From assembly GCA_031370005.1 (NCBI GenBank), contig JANMPT010000097.1, positions 64,001 through 128,000 of the forward strand: a DNA stretch of 64,000 nucleotides, read 5' to 3'. Of this stretch, positions 21,412 to 32,029 are shown piece by piece. Each line of letters opens with the position of its first letter. Within the stretch, counting starts at the first letter, position 1. This DNA is from Bdellovibrionales bacterium (GTDB taxonomy: Bacteria > Bdellovibrionota > Bdellovibrionia > Bdellovibrionales > Bdellovibrionaceae). The notes under the pieces are model-generated. The model saw nothing but the letters and a program-made list of their open reading frames with translations, had not been told where the DNA came from and did no database searches. Made by a program: the position numbers and the translations under genes.

Positions 21412-22632
21412 ATGGCAAAAGTTGATTGGCAGGAACATTTCAGGACTTCGATTAAAAATGCCGAAGGACTTTATTCTAAGGATACTACCAATATTTCCTT
21501 TTTACACTTCTGTTTACGTTCAAAAGTGATTCCAGCTGATGCTTACCTCGATTGGGCCAAAGAAAACTATCAACTTCCGGTTCTCTCTGAAAATTACTTC
21601 AAAACCCATAAGCCGCAACAAGAATTTTATAGTAAATGGCAGAAAACCTACCCTTGGTCAGCAGAATGTTTACCAATTGCAGAGTGGGATGGTGCCTTGA
21701 TTGTCGCCTGCTTACAGCTGCCAGACGACTATAAGCATACTCAGGCTGCAGTTTTTGTTCTGACCTCTCATGAAGTTTTGGATAACTCCTGGAACATTTA
21801 TCAGAAATCATCTCAGACAAGTGAAACTGATTTCATGGACATAACAAAACTTGCTGCCACACTTACCACAATTTCTGATGATACAAACTTCTTTGATGCT
21901 GATGGCAAGCTGGTCTTAGAAGATACTCCGCCGAAGGAGGAGGCCTCTGAAACTACAATTGATGAGATTGAAGATGAAGAGAACTCTCCGGATGGACTTC
22001 TTGGCGATATCTCAGAGCAAAAAATGGGACCGCGCAGTGTTGAGCCTATAACAACTGCTAAAATGGAGTTTGAGGATGAGAAAACCACCATCGATACCAA
22101 TCCTCCACTAGCTCCTGTGAAAGCAACAATGAGTACTAATAATATGGCAGCCTACTTGATCGAAAAAATTCGTAAGCAGGGCCAGGATCTATTTGATAAA
22201 GAGGTTTTAGCTAGCCTTCAGTTACTAAAAACCTTCTTTAAAAAGTCAATGCTTCTTGCTATTGGCGACAAGGATCAACTGATTAAACCTATTCTTTGGG
22301 ATAATAGTTTTAATATTCAAAAACCACAAACTACAGAGTTCAATTTGAAAGCTCCGAGTATTTTCAAAATCGTGAGTAATACACAGAAACCCTACCATGG
22401 CTTTGTAGTTTTAAATGATATAAATGAAGCATTCTTTGAATCTTGGAGCCAAGGCCAAATCCCCAATCACGTGACCATTGTTCCTGTTTTGGATGGGGAT
22501 TTATTAGTGGGCATGTTGATGGGTTTTGGCGAAAAATCAAGCTACAATAAAAATGTTCTGCAATTCACCGAAAATGTTGCAAAAGAGCTTTCACAAAAAA
22601 TATTTAAAAACTCAAACACAAAAGCAGCTTAA
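21412..22632 (+). CDS. Hypothetical protein: GspE/PilB-N-like N-terminus, acidic linker, GAF-like C-terminus
   Basis: 406-aa ORF. YLDWAKENYQLPVL...CLPIAEWDGALIVAC resembles T2SSE_N; D/E-rich middle; VTIVPVLDGDLLVGMLMG is GAF-like. Confidence 0.7.
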   Translation: MAKVDWQEHFRTSIKNAEGLYSKDTTNISFLHFCLRSKVIPADAYLDWAKENYQLPVLSENYFKTHKPQQEFYSKWQKTYPWSAECLPIAEWDGALIVACLQLPDDYKHTQAAVFVLTSHEVLDNSWNIYQKSSQTSETDFMDITKLAATLTTISDDTNFFDADGKLVLEDTPPKEEASETTIDEIEDEENSPDGLLGDISEQKMGPRSVEPITTAKMEFEDEKTTIDTNPPLAPVKATMSTNNMAAYLIEKIRKQGQDLFDKEVLASLQLLKTFFKKSMLLAIGDKDQLIKPILWDNSFNIQKPQTTEFNLKAPSIFKIVSNTQKPYHGFVVLNDINEAFFESWSQGQIPNHVTIVPVLDGDLLVGMLMGFGEKSSYNKNVLQFTENVAKELSQKIFKNSNTKAA

Positions 22633-23081
22633 GCTTCAATGAGCACTGTGATTTGGCGCTCATTGGGATTCGCTAATTTTTCAATTTGTATCTTTATTTT
22701 CTGCCAATTCAAGGGTAACAAGTCCTGATTTAAACGATCTGCCCATTCAATAACGATTAGGCCTTTTTTAACTCCAAAAAGATCCCAAAATCCAGTGCTC
22801 TCTAAATCGTCTTCGCTTTCTAAACGATATATATCAACGTGGTCCATAATAACATCTCTATTTTGATAGTGATGATGAATTGCAAAAGATGGCGAAGCCG
22901 TTTCCAGAATGCCGAGACTATGTGCGAGAACCTTTACAAACTCGGTCTTGCCCGCCCCCACAGATCCTTCAAGAAGCAAGAGTGTGCGCTCTTTAAAAAG
23001 CTTAAGAATAATAAGAACTACAGGTTCAAGATCCTTAGGGGAAGTTGTTTTAAATTGCTTAAAGACTATAAAATCATTCAC
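22629..23081 (-). CDS. tsaE: tRNA t6A biosynthesis ATPase TsaE
   Basis: LEGSVGAGKT, SPSF, HVDIYRL, IEWAD. Confidence 0.94.
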   Translation of the reverse strand: MNDFIVFKQFKTTSPKDLEPVVLIILKLFKERTLLLLEGSVGAGKTEFVKVLAHSLGILETASPSFAIHHHYQNRDVIMDHVDIYRLESEDDLESTGFWDLFGVKKGLIVIEWADRLNQDLLPLNWQKIKIQIEKLANPNERQITVLIEA

Positions 23082-23085
23082 AAGA

Positions 23086-23817
23086 CTAAGATCCTTTAAG
23101 GATTTTTTTCATTCTGCGGACAGAATTCTCTAAACCGTCCTCCAAAGCATAGCAGATCAAAGAATGACCAATGTTTACCTCACGAAGAAAAGGTATTTCT
23201 TTAATCAAGTGAGCATGATGGTAATCCAAACCATGCCCTGCATGCACGCCTAAGCCATATGCATGAGCCAGATGAGCCGCATTTATGAGTCGCTCCCACT
23301 CTTTTTTCTTTTTAGAGCCATTTAATAAAACCCAGCTTCCAGTGTGAAACTCAACAGCATCTGCACCGATCTCATAACTTGCTTCTACTTGTTCAAGTGA
23401 TGGTTCAATAAACATCGAGATTTCAATGCCACGCATCTGTAGTTTTTCAATCAAGGGCTTCATCTTACGGAAAGCTTTCACTACATTCAGTCCGCCTTCT
23501 GTGGTCAACTCAGCACGCCTTTCAGGAACAAAGCAAACCCACTCTGGCTTATATTTCTTCGCTAAGCGAACCATTTCGTCAGTGGCAGCCATTTCTAAAT
23601 TTAAAGACACAGGACACTTTTTAGAAAGTAATATGAGGTCCTGAAGCTGAATATGACGACGGTCCTCCCGCAAATGAATGGTGATTTGTTCGGCTCCACC
23701 TTTTACTGATTTTTTAACCATTTCTAAAAGATTTGGATAAGATGTTGTGCCTCCACGAATTTGACGTAAAGTTGCAACATGATCGACATTCACACCAAGA
23801 CGAATTTGATTTTTCAT
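23086..23817 (-). CDS. pdxJ: Pyridoxine 5'-phosphate synthase
   Basis: LGVNVDHVATLR, HLREDRRHI, TTEGGL, HAGHGL, EVNIGH. Confidence 0.97.
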   Translation of the reverse strand: MKNQIRLGVNVDHVATLRQIRGGTTSYPNLLEMVKKSVKGGAEQITIHLREDRRHIQLQDLILLSKKCPVSLNLEMAATDEMVRLAKKYKPEWVCFVPERRAELTTEGGLNVVKAFRKMKPLIEKLQMRGIEISMFIEPSLEQVEASYEIGADAVEFHTGSWVLLNGSKKKKEWERLINAAHLAHAYGLGVHAGHGLDYHHAHLIKEIPFLREVNIGHSLICYALEDGLENSVRRMKKILKGS

Positions 23818-23847
23818 TTAAAGGACTCCCTAAGCAATTGCTACCAA

Positions 23848-25224
23848 CTAGCTGAGTTCTTTTTCCAAAAACTGTGCTATCTGTTCAGCATACTCAGTGA
23901 TTTTGATTTTACTCGGCCCCTCAACCAGGATTCTTAAAAGTGGTTCCGTTCCAGAATAACGAACAAACAAGCGTCCATCTCCATTTAATTTTTTTTCAAT
24001 CTTCTCAATAAGCTCCGCATATCCTTTAATTTCAGTAAGTTCAATGCGCTTTTTCACACGGCAGTTGATAAGTATCTGAGGAACATCTTCAATAACTTTA
24101 TTAAGCTCGCTAGCTTTTTTTCCAGTTTGTTTCATCACACCTAAAACACTTAAAGCTGCTATACAACCGTCTCCGGTTGTTGATGAGTCCAAAAAGATAA
24201 TATGGCCAGACTGTTCGCCGCCAAGGTTATAACCATGCTTTCTCATCTCTTCCACTACGAATTTATCACCAACTCCGACCTTCACAACTTTGATACCTTG
24301 TTCACTCATCTTTTTTTCAAGTCCGAAGTTACTCATTTGCGTTGCCACGAGAGTGTTTTTTTTAAGCAAGCCATTTTGTTTCATTTGTAGAGCACAGATT
24401 GCAAGTATATGATCGCCATTCATTACTTGGCCTTTTTCATCGACCATGATCACGCGATCCGCGTCCCCATCAAGACTAATTCCTACATCCGCACGATATT
24501 GGACCACGGCTTCTGCAAGTTTTGCTGGATATAGAGCTCCTACTTTGTCATTGATGTTAATCCCATTGGGCTCGTCACCCAATTGAATCACCTCAGCACC
24601 AAGCTCAGAAAAAACCGCTGGGGCTACTTTATAAGCTGCCCCGTGGGCCGTATCAAGAACTATGCGAACTCCATCAAGAGTGTATTCCAGGGGAAAAGTG
24701 GATTTTACATATACAATATAACGCCCTTGAGCATCCTCAATGCGTTTTGTTCGACCAACTTCACGAGAGTGTGGAAGAAAGCGAGTTAACTCCTCGTTTA
24801 AGACCAAATGTTCAATTTCTCGCTCCATATCATCAAGAATTTTAAAACCATCAGCTCCAAAAATTTTAATTCCATTATCTTGAAAAGCGTTGTGAGAAGC
24901 TGAAATAACGATTCCGGCATCCGCACGCATGGTACGAGTAAGATAACCAATTCCTGGAGTTGGAAGAGGCCCCACCAGTTGAACATGAACTCCCATTGAA
25001 TTGAGTCCTGAAGATAAAGCTTGTTCGATCATATACCCAGAAAGTCTAGTATCTTTACCGATTACGACTTTACGAATAGAAGAAGCCCCTGGACGAGCTT
25101 GCTTTTGCAAAAGATAACCAATAGCTTGGCCCACTTTAAGCACAATATCAGGAGTCATGGGAAACTGGTTAGCAGTTCCACGGATTCCATCTGTTCCAAA
25201 TAAACGAGTTGATTTGTCTGACAT
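23848..25224 (-). CDS. glmM: Phosphoglucosamine mutase
   Basis: FGTDGIRG, GKDTRLSG, SASHN, DGDADR, GGEQSGH, RYSGTEP. Confidence 0.97.
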   Translation of the reverse strand: MSDKSTRLFGTDGIRGTANQFPMTPDIVLKVGQAIGYLLQKQARPGASSIRKVVIGKDTRLSGYMIEQALSSGLNSMGVHVQLVGPLPTPGIGYLTRTMRADAGIVISASHNAFQDNGIKIFGADGFKILDDMEREIEHLVLNEELTRFLPHSREVGRTKRIEDAQGRYIVYVKSTFPLEYTLDGVRIVLDTAHGAAYKVAPAVFSELGAEVIQLGDEPNGININDKVGALYPAKLAEAVVQYRADVGISLDGDADRVIMVDEKGQVMNGDHILAICALQMKQNGLLKKNTLVATQMSNFGLEKKMSEQGIKVVKVGVGDKFVVEEMRKHGYNLGGEQSGHIIFLDSSTTGDGCIAALSVLGVMKQTGKKASELNKVIEDVPQILINCRVKKRIELTEIKGYAELIEKIEKKLNGDGRLFVRYSGTEPLLRILVEGPSKIKITEYAEQIAQFLEKELS

Positions 25225-25232
25225 TATATTTC

Positions 25233-25676
25233 CTACTTAGCTTTAGCAGGATCGGTGTTTTTATTCACTGCTTTTGGTTCAAGTTTATTGGCTACTTCAG
25301 CTCTTATCACATTTGGACGTACTCCTAAAACACGTACTCCCATAGGGATTTCGATCTTATTGAGGGGTACATCAACGTCTAAGACCCCTTCACCTCGCCC
25401 AGAAATGTCGATAAGAATACTCTGAGTCTGTGGATTGTCCATAAATTTCTTAAGAGCTTCACGCGGCCCAGAAACTTTCACACGGATATTGTCCGCCGTC
25501 TGAGCCACTACAACTTGTTTCGGGCCGACCTGTAACTCAATATCTATTTTTTTGCTCAGAACAAAATCACGACGCCCTAAAATGGTTAGCCACAGAATCA
25601 ATGAAATGAATAATGCAACCATCTTGTAGTTAAAGTTCTCTGTTATATAGGAGCTCCATTGCTTTTTCATTATCAC
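25233..25676 (-). CDS. cdaR: CdaR/YbbR-family regulator with a single YbbR domain
   Basis: N-terminal TM (KMVALFISLILWL), VKVSGP motif, position between cdaA and glmM. Confidence 0.8.
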   Translation of the reverse strand: MIMKKQWSSYITENFNYKMVALFISLILWLTILGRRDFVLSKKIDIELQVGPKQVVVAQTADNIRVKVSGPREALKKFMDNPQTQSILIDISGRGEGVLDVDVPLNKIEIPMGVRVLGVRPNVIRAEVANKLEPKAVNKNTDPAKAK

Positions 25677-26485
25677 GGAACAGCCTCCCCTTGCTGGAAA
25701 GCTTTGTACTTTAAGCCATAAGTTTCATAAAGGATTTTTCGAATATCGCCTAACTCAGCATTCGCAGTTAAATGCCCTCCCTGAACAATACCAATGGACT
25801 TATTTTCCTCGCTCACAACAAAAACCAAAGCATCAGTTTCTTCAGTCAGCCCAATGGCGGCACGATGACGTGTTCCTAGATTTTTATCTAAAGCTGGGTT
25901 TTTACTAAGTGGTAAAAAGCAGCCTGCTGAGTGTATTTTTCCGCTCCGAACTAGCAATGCACCGTCATGCATAGGACCTGTTGGATGAAAAATAGAAGTA
26001 ATAAGCTCGGCCGAAACCTTTGCGTCGATCTCAGTTCCAAATTCAATATGGTAATCAATTAAAATTTCACGCTCAACCACGATCAAGGCTCCATAACCCT
26101 TTTGTGCAGTCGCAATAATTCCCTTCGCTATTTCTTCAATTACATGAGTTTCCTGAGCTAATGAAACATCCGTGAAAAAGGGATTACTTCCAATATGAGC
26201 TAGAGCTCTACGAATCTCACCCTGGAATAAGATAACTACGATCACAAATAAATTTGAAAAGAATTTTTCTAAAATCCAATTGAATGTAAAAAGTTCGAGC
26301 CAAATACTTAGAATATAGCCGATAGCCAGGACACCTAAGCCCGAAAGCATCTGGATAGTCCCTGTTCGCTTGATCAGAACTAAAACACGATACACCACCA
26401 TCCAAACCAAGATCATATCTATTAAATCTTGGATTCGGAGATGGGATACTATGAATACTAAATTATCTAAAAATTGTTGAAACAC
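25673..26485 (-). CDS. cdaA: Diadenylate cyclase CdaA (DacA)
   Basis: Three N-terminal TM helices; intact catalytic motifs HDGA and GTRHRAA; VSEE. Confidence 0.95.
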   Translation of the reverse strand: MFQQFLDNLVFIVSHLRIQDLIDMILVWMVVYRVLVLIKRTGTIQMLSGLGVLAIGYILSIWLELFTFNWILEKFFSNLFVIVVILFQGEIRRALAHIGSNPFFTDVSLAQETHVIEEIAKGIIATAQKGYGALIVVEREILIDYHIEFGTEIDAKVSAELITSIFHPTGPMHDGALLVRSGKIHSAGCFLPLSKNPALDKNLGTRHRAAIGLTEETDALVFVVSEENKSIGIVQGGHLTANAELGDIRKILYETYGLKYKAFQQGEAVP

Positions 26486-26508
26486 TCTCTAACACTAGCA
26501 CTAGTTAT

Positions 26509-28464
26509 TTAGATTGTCACAGGGCCAGAATTACCCATTGGATCTCCGGCTGGTTTCTTATCCGTAGAAGCTAAACCGGCAGTAACACCTAGACCACCGC
26601 CGCCTTTTTTGTTGGCGCGGACTTTTTCAATTTCACCAATAGAAGCTCCATTGATTAGCATCGAAACCTCATGACCATCGATAGTTTCATACTCAATTAG
26701 TGCTTGAGATAAACGATCTAAAGATTCTCTATTCTCAGTTAGAATCTTTAGCGCTTTTTTGTAGCCCTCGCCAATAATACGAGAAACTTCGTGGTCAATT
26801 TCTTCAGCCTTCGACTCAGAATAATCCTTTGTTTTCTGGCCATATTGCATACCCAAAAAGACAGGTCCTTCGCCTTTTTCATAAGCCAAAGGTCCAAGCT
26901 TCTCACTCATTCCCCATTCACAAACCATGCGTCTAGCAATGGCTGTTGCGCGCTCAATATCATTGGCAGCACCCGCCGTCACATCTTTATAAATTAATTC
27001 TTCAGCTGCGCGTCCACCAAACGCAAAGGCAATCCAGTTCTCAGCCTGAGATTTAGAGAAACTGACAGAGTCTTTCTCTGGCAGCGTTTGAGTTAAGCCC
27101 AAGGCCATGCCACGAGGAATGATTGTCACTTTGTGGATTGGATCCAGTCCAGGGATCAAGCATCCGACAAGGGTATGGCCTGCTTCATGATAGGCCGTCA
27201 TTTTCTTATCCTCATCTGAAATCACCATGGATTTTCTTTCAGCACCCATCAAGACTCTATCTTTGGCTTTTTCAAAATCTTCCATCTCGAGATATTTTTT
27301 ATCAGTGCGAGCAGCCACCAAGGCAGCTTCGTTCACAAGATTTTCTAAATCGGCACCAGAAAATCCAGGAGTCCCACGAGCGATTTTCGAAGTATCCACA
27401 TCAGGTCCTAAGGGAGTCTTCTTCATGTGAACGCCAAGGATTTGTTCACGACCTTTAAGATCTGGTTTATTCACTACCACGCGGCGATCAAAACGACCAG
27501 GACGCAACAATGCTGGATCCAAAACATCTGGACGATTGGTTGCAGCAATCAGAATAACGCCTTCGTTGGACTCAAAACCATCCATTTCAACGAGCAGCTG
27601 ATTGAGGGTTTGTTCACGTTCATCGTGCCCTCCACCCATGCCTGCACCGCGATGGCGTCCCACTGCATCGATCTCATCAATAAAGATTAAACATGGGGCA
27701 TTCTTCTTGCCTTGTTCGAATAAATCACGAACGCGACTGGCGCCCACGCCGACGAACATCTCAACAAAGTCAGAACCAGAAATTGTAAAGAATGGCACTC
27801 CAGCTTCACCGGCCACAGCTCTGGCAAGTAAAGTTTTACCGGTTCCGGGAGAACCCACAAGCAAAACCCCCTTGGGAATATGTCCACCAAGTTTAGTATA
27901 TTTTTTTGGGTCCTTAAGGAAACTCACGATTTCTTGAAGATCATCTTTTGCTTCGTCAACGCCCGCAACTTCTTTAAAGGTCACGCGATTTTTATGTTCT
28001 GTCAGCATTCGCGCACGGCTTTTACCAAAAGACATTGCCTTACCGCCTCCGGCTTGAATCTGCCTCATAATAAAAAAGAAAAGGCCCACAATCAAAAGTA
28101 GTGGCAACCAGTTTACTAAAAAAGACTGAAGGAAGTTATTAGTATCCGCTCTTTCGTAATTTGGAGTGATACCATTTGCAACAAAGAACTTATAACCCTC
28201 ATCTTGAGTATTACCTACAATGCTGAATTTTGTGGCACCATTATATTTTTTAGCAAAATCAGGTTTGACCTCGCCCAAAATCTCACTGGTCTCCTGACGA
28301 AATGTAATATCAGAAATTTCCCCAGCCTTGACCGCATCTACCAACTTTGAATAGGTAAAATCAGGAATTGTTTTCTGATGCTTATTTTCATAAGCGTGAA
28401 AGAAAAAAACCACCATGATAATCAGAAAAAACCACAGGGCCAAAGTCTTTTGAGTCGATCGCAT
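26509..28464 (-). CDS. ftsH: ATP-dependent zinc metalloprotease FtsH
   Basis: Two TMs, [19 protein letters not shown] motif RPGRFDR, HEAGH. Confidence 0.98.
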   Translation of the reverse strand: MRSTQKTLALWFFLIIMVVFFFHAYENKHQKTIPDFTYSKLVDAVKAGEISDITFRQETSEILGEVKPDFAKKYNGATKFSIVGNTQDEGYKFFVANGITPNYERADTNNFLQSFLVNWLPLLLIVGLFFFIMRQIQAGGGKAMSFGKSRARMLTEHKNRVTFKEVAGVDEAKDDLQEIVSFLKDPKKYTKLGGHIPKGVLLVGSPGTGKTLLARAVAGEAGVPFFTISGSDFVEMFVGVGASRVRDLFEQGKKNAPCLIFIDEIDAVGRHRGAGMGGGHDEREQTLNQLLVEMDGFESNEGVILIAATNRPDVLDPALLRPGRFDRRVVVNKPDLKGREQILGVHMKKTPLGPDVDTSKIARGTPGFSGADLENLVNEAALVAARTDKKYLEMEDFEKAKDRVLMGAERKSMVISDEDKKMTAYHEAGHTLVGCLIPGLDPIHKVTIIPRGMALGLTQTLPEKDSVSFSKSQAENWIAFAFGGRAAEELIYKDVTAGAANDIERATAIARRMVCEWGMSEKLGPLAYEKGEGPVFLGMQYGQKTKDYSESKAEEIDHEVSRIIGEGYKKALKILTENRESLDRLSQALIEYETIDGHEVSMLINGASIGEIEKVRANKKGGGGLGVTAGLASTDKKPAGDPMGNSGPVTI

Positions 28465-28556
28465 ACTTTCTCCTTCTTGAGAAATACCTTAAAAGCCTAA
28501 CACGGAAGATTTATGGTCACAAGCCTGCCAGCGCTTTATGGTAATTTACGACAAAT

Positions 28557-29489
28557 CTATTCTGATTTCTGGACCAGAATTTGCTGTGCGTTAACTAGCC
28601 AATTAGCACCACCGATTCTAAAGGTGAGTTCTTTTTGTGAATTGTCCAGTCGCTTTTGAATTTCTTCGAGTAGTGATTGAGAAAAATTCTGCTGCTGAAA
28701 CCCCAGCAAATACTGCGCAAGAGCCTGCTTTTGTTGGGCTTTAGACAAAGCTAAATAATGGGGTCTTGAAAGATAGTTATCTTTAAAAACCTCTAGCGGA
28801 AGTGAACATTCCTCGAAGGTTTCAACTAGAATCTCAAGGGAGCGCGCCAAACTGTTTACGGCTCCTTTTTGGCGATTTTCTAGATCAGCAAGCCAAGACT
28901 GGCGGAGCCAGTTTCTAAGTGGCTTGAGGTCATTGTTTGTTGGGTCCTGAACAGCTTCAAGCGAAAATTCCTTAAGGTAGTCTTTTAAATCATTTTTTGA
29001 AATTTTTAAAAACGGACGAAAACATTCTGCCTGCAGAACTTTCATCGCCATGAGCCCTTGAGGACCTGTGCCGCGGATCAGTCTCAATAAACGAGTTTCT
29101 AATAAGTCCTCTCTATGATGTGCTAAAGCAAGCACATCAGCCATTATTTGCAATCTCACCTCTGTTAATGAGCCACGACGAAAATCTCGTAGCTCAGCTT
29201 CAGAGTTCAGCACAGCTCCTAGATTCTTTCTATTGTAAAACGGAATCTCGTGAATTTCACAAAACTTGCGACAAAAGCTTTCAGCATGATCGCGATATTC
29301 TTCATCCCCGCCAGTACCATGATGAACGTAACAAGCATATATACCTGTTTTTTTTACGCGATGAAGTGACCATAAAAGAGATAAAGAATCCACCCCTCCT
29401 GAAAAACCAACAAGTATTTTCTGATCTAAAAGACTATTTTCTTTTAATTCTTTCCACAGGTGATGCTCAAGTGCTAGCCAATTATTCAA
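28557..29489 (-). CDS. tilS: tRNA(Ile)-lysidine synthetase
   Basis: FSGGVDS, AHHRED, ETRLLRLIRG, DPTN, RNWLR; upstream of ftsH. Start placed at TTG 29489 to avoid overlap with the upstream gene. Confidence 0.9.
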   Translation of the reverse strand: MNNWLALEHHLWKELKENSLLDQKILVGFSGGVDSLSLLWSLHRVKKTGIYACYVHHGTGGDEEYRDHAESFCRKFCEIHEIPFYNRKNLGAVLNSEAELRDFRRGSLTEVRLQIMADVLALAHHREDLLETRLLRLIRGTGPQGLMAMKVLQAECFRPFLKISKNDLKDYLKEFSLEAVQDPTNNDLKPLRNWLRQSWLADLENRQKGAVNSLARSLEILVETFEECSLPLEVFKDNYLSRPHYLALSKAQQKQALAQYLLGFQQQNFSQSLLEEIQKRLDNSQKELTFRIGGANWLVNAQQILVQKSE

Positions 29490-29490
29490 A

Positions 29491-30825
29491 CTAAATGCCT
29501 CGCGCGATGGATTTAATATTACAGAATTCATAAAAGCCAAAATTTCCAAGCTCACGACCATGGCCAGAGTCCTTTACTCCACCAAAAGGCAAGCGAGCAT
29601 CAGATTTTAAAAAGTCATTAACAACAACAAAACCAGCATCCATTTTTTCTGCAACCAATTCCAGAGCCTTTTCTGGGTTCCCAGAAAAAATCCCCCCGCC
29701 TAAACCAAAGGGCGATGAATTTGCTATCTCAAAGGCCTCATCAACACTATCAGCCTTTAATACAATTGCGACGGGACCGAAAAGTTCTTCCATATGAATT
29801 TCGGGATCATTCTTATCAAAGACCAAGAGCGTTGGAGGATAAAATGCACCCACGCTGGAGGGAATGGTTCCGCCGAGATGTACCTTTCCAGAAAGTCTTT
29901 TCATTTTCTCGACCTGTTCTTGAAGTTGTGTTTGAAACTTTATACTAGCCAATGGCAGACTCGGATAGGTAGATAGCTCTGCCTTCATTTGTTTGACGAA
30001 GTTCTCATAAACATCTTTATGTGCTATAAATCTTTTTGCAGCAATACAACTTTGCCCATTATTGATCATTCTCCCTTTTGCACAGATTTTTGCTGATTTT
30101 TCGATATCAGCATCCGCCATAATAATATATGCATCACTGCCACCCAACTCCAATACGGTTTTCTTCAAAGCTTCACCAGCAATCTTTGCGACCTCCCGCC
30201 CCCCACGAGTACTTCCTGTGAAAGTCACACCTCTGATTTTTGGATTATGAATCAATCGTGCGGCTTCAGAGTGATCAATATGCAAATTAAAAACAATTTG
30301 TTCGTCGTAAATATTACTGCAAAGCTCTTCAATCTTCGAAGCACATCCAGCTGTTAAGTCAGAGTGCTTGAGCAAAACGACATTGCCAATCATAATGGAA
30401 GGAGCAGCGAAGCGAATAAACTGCCAAAATGGAAAATTCCATGGCATGATAGAAAAAACAATTCCCAAAGGCTCAAAGCGTACTTCGCTGTATGCATAGT
30501 TTGCAGATATCGGTTGAGGTTTTAAAAACTCAGGACCCATTTCTGCAAAATAATCACAGGCCATTGCGCATTTTTCAATTTCAGCAATTCCCTCAGCGAG
30601 AACCTTGCCCATTTCTTGATGCATCAATAAAGCGAGTTCATTTTTATGCTCGCGAAGGTTCTTTGCCAATTTTTTTAAAGACTCTGCTCTGCGAGAAATT
30701 GAAACTTGCCGCCATGCTTGTAGGCTGTAGGAGGCTTTTTCAACAATGGCATCAATTTCTTTAAGACTGAGATAATTGTATGTCTGGACCACTTCACCTG
30801 TGGCTGGATTAATTGTCTGAAACAT
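29491..30825 (-). CDS. NAD(P)-dependent aldehyde dehydrogenase, succinate-semialdehyde dehydrogenase-like
   Basis: MPWNFP, FTGS, ELGGSDA, catalytic NNGQSCIA, EELFGP, PFGGVK. Confidence 0.92.
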   Translation of the reverse strand: MFQTINPATGEVVQTYNYLSLKEIDAIVEKASYSLQAWRQVSISRRAESLKKLAKNLREHKNELALLMHQEMGKVLAEGIAEIEKCAMACDYFAEMGPEFLKPQPISANYAYSEVRFEPLGIVFSIMPWNFPFWQFIRFAAPSIMIGNVVLLKHSDLTAGCASKIEELCSNIYDEQIVFNLHIDHSEAARLIHNPKIRGVTFTGSTRGGREVAKIAGEALKKTVLELGGSDAYIIMADADIEKSAKICAKGRMINNGQSCIAAKRFIAHKDVYENFVKQMKAELSTYPSLPLASIKFQTQLQEQVEKMKRLSGKVHLGGTIPSSVGAFYPPTLLVFDKNDPEIHMEELFGPVAIVLKADSVDEAFEIANSSPFGLGGGIFSGNPEKALELVAEKMDAGFVVVNDFLKSDARLPFGGVKDSGHGRELGNFGFYEFCNIKSIARGI

Positions 30826-30860
30826 ATGAACACCTCCACTCGGGAGGGATCATAGCGCGC

Positions 30861-31088
30861 TTAGATCTCCAAGAAAACCTGATAAAACGAGATGACAAGG
30901 GCTAGCAAAAAACAGCCCGTCATAATTCCCCAAGAAAAAACCCTATATGCTTTACCAACTCTTAGCGCACTTTTCGTATAATTTGTGCTATTAAACACGG
31001 GAATTGGAACTAGCATGGCTTTCATAAACTGATGCGCACATGCGCAAAAAAGTGTGACTGATATAAGTGAAAGTAAATATGTATTCAT
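30861..31088 (-). CDS. Small membrane protein with two TM helices
   Basis: Two hydrophobic segments; perfect GCCGATAA 7 nt upstream of the ATG. Confidence 0.6.
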   Translation of the reverse strand: MNTYLLSLISVTLFCACAHQFMKAMLVPIPVFNSTNYTKSALRVGKAYRVFSWGIMTGCFLLALVISFYQVFLEI

Positions 31089-31095
31089 AACTCAC

Positions 31096-31103
31096 TTATC
31101 GGC
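31096..31103 (-). promoter_or_regulatory. Putative sigma28 -10 element
   Basis: GCCGATAA on the minus strand; -35 match is weak. Confidence 0.4.
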
Positions 31104-31150
31104 TCAAAATGAGAATAATAGAGTCTAGTTCAAGCAGTGCCGGACTCTTG

Positions 31151-31522
31151 CTATGAGTCTTTTGCTGGGGGATCTTTTTTGAGGATCTCGACTTCCGCCG
31201 AGATTTTAAACTTATGGGTTTCAGCAAATCTGGAGAGCTCCTTCACAAAATCAATTTTCTGGATCATTGCTACGACCTCTTTACTCATGCGCTGAGTGAT
31301 TTCATCTTTAGATTTTGAAGCGCTTTGTAAGAGCGCTTGAAGGACTTCTTTAGGAAGTTTTATCTCACCAAGATAACCACGGATACTTTCCTCCGTAAGA
31401 AAAGCAGCGCTAATACCCACGGTAAAAACCTTTTTAAGCGCCTCGGTAAGAAGAGACTTTCCATCTTCAGCTTTGCTCTCGCCGATATCTTTCTTTGAAG
31501 TAGGTTTTCCGTCAGAGGTCAT
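31151..31522 (-). CDS. Hypothetical protein, weakly phasin-like
   Basis: AGGA SD; helical protein with LKKVFTVGISAAFLTEESIR. Confidence 0.7.
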   Translation of the reverse strand: MTSDGKPTSKKDIGESKAEDGKSLLTEALKKVFTVGISAAFLTEESIRGYLGEIKLPKEVLQALLQSASKSKDEITQRMSKEVVAMIQKIDFVKELSRFAETHKFKISAEVEILKKDPPAKDS

Positions 31523-31533
31523 AATTCAATTCC

Positions 31534-31965
31534 TTATTTTCTGTAAATCTGAGCAACCCGTTTATGATATGCACTCATCATTCCAGGTAAATTGACACTG
31601 ACGAGGGCATTGGCAATAGGACTTGGGACAAACATACTGAATGTCGCCTCTATCGTATATACTGCACGACATTTTCCGGCCTCGTCCTCCAACTTCCAAG
31701 AACCAATGGCTGTTTTAAACAAATCACCGCCAGCAAACTCCCAGTTAATTGAGTTCGGTGAATTTTCAGTCATCCACATAGAATATTTAAAGGATTTAAT
31801 CACAGAAACATTGTACTCAACAAGTTTTCGATTACCCTCAGTTTTAACAATTTTGCATTGCTTAACCTCTTGAAGGAACTCATGGTACCTCTCGTAATCA
31901 GAGATAACTTTAAAAAACTCTTCCGTTGTACAATTGAAAACTTCTGTTGTAGATGCTTTAGCCAT
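31534..31965 (-). CDS. SRPBCC/START-domain protein (polyketide cyclase/RatA-like)
   Basis: FFKVISDYERYHEFL, GDLFK...GSWKL, C-terminal helix. Confidence 0.85.
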   Translation of the reverse strand: MAKASTTEVFNCTTEEFFKVISDYERYHEFLQEVKQCKIVKTEGNRKLVEYNVSVIKSFKYSMWMTENSPNSINWEFAGGDLFKTAIGSWKLEDEAGKCRAVYTIEATFSMFVPSPIANALVSVNLPGMMSAYHKRVAQIYRK

Positions 31966-32029
31966 AAAACAAGTTTTGCGGACTCACCGATGGGTGTCAA
32001 TAACGAGTTTGAAACTATTATGTTACCTT

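Noticed and set aside
27123..28101. Several 60-110 aa ORFs inside ftsH; similar shadow ORFs occur inside mutS, der, the RND gene and feoB
   Set aside because: Shadow frames of strongly conserved genes.
29490..29561. Apparent long overlaps from extended ORF starts (tilS here; also the NSS transporter, glpX, TolC, RND and cytochromes)
   Set aside because: Better downstream start codons, with SD sequences or stop-start coupling, remove or shorten the overlaps.
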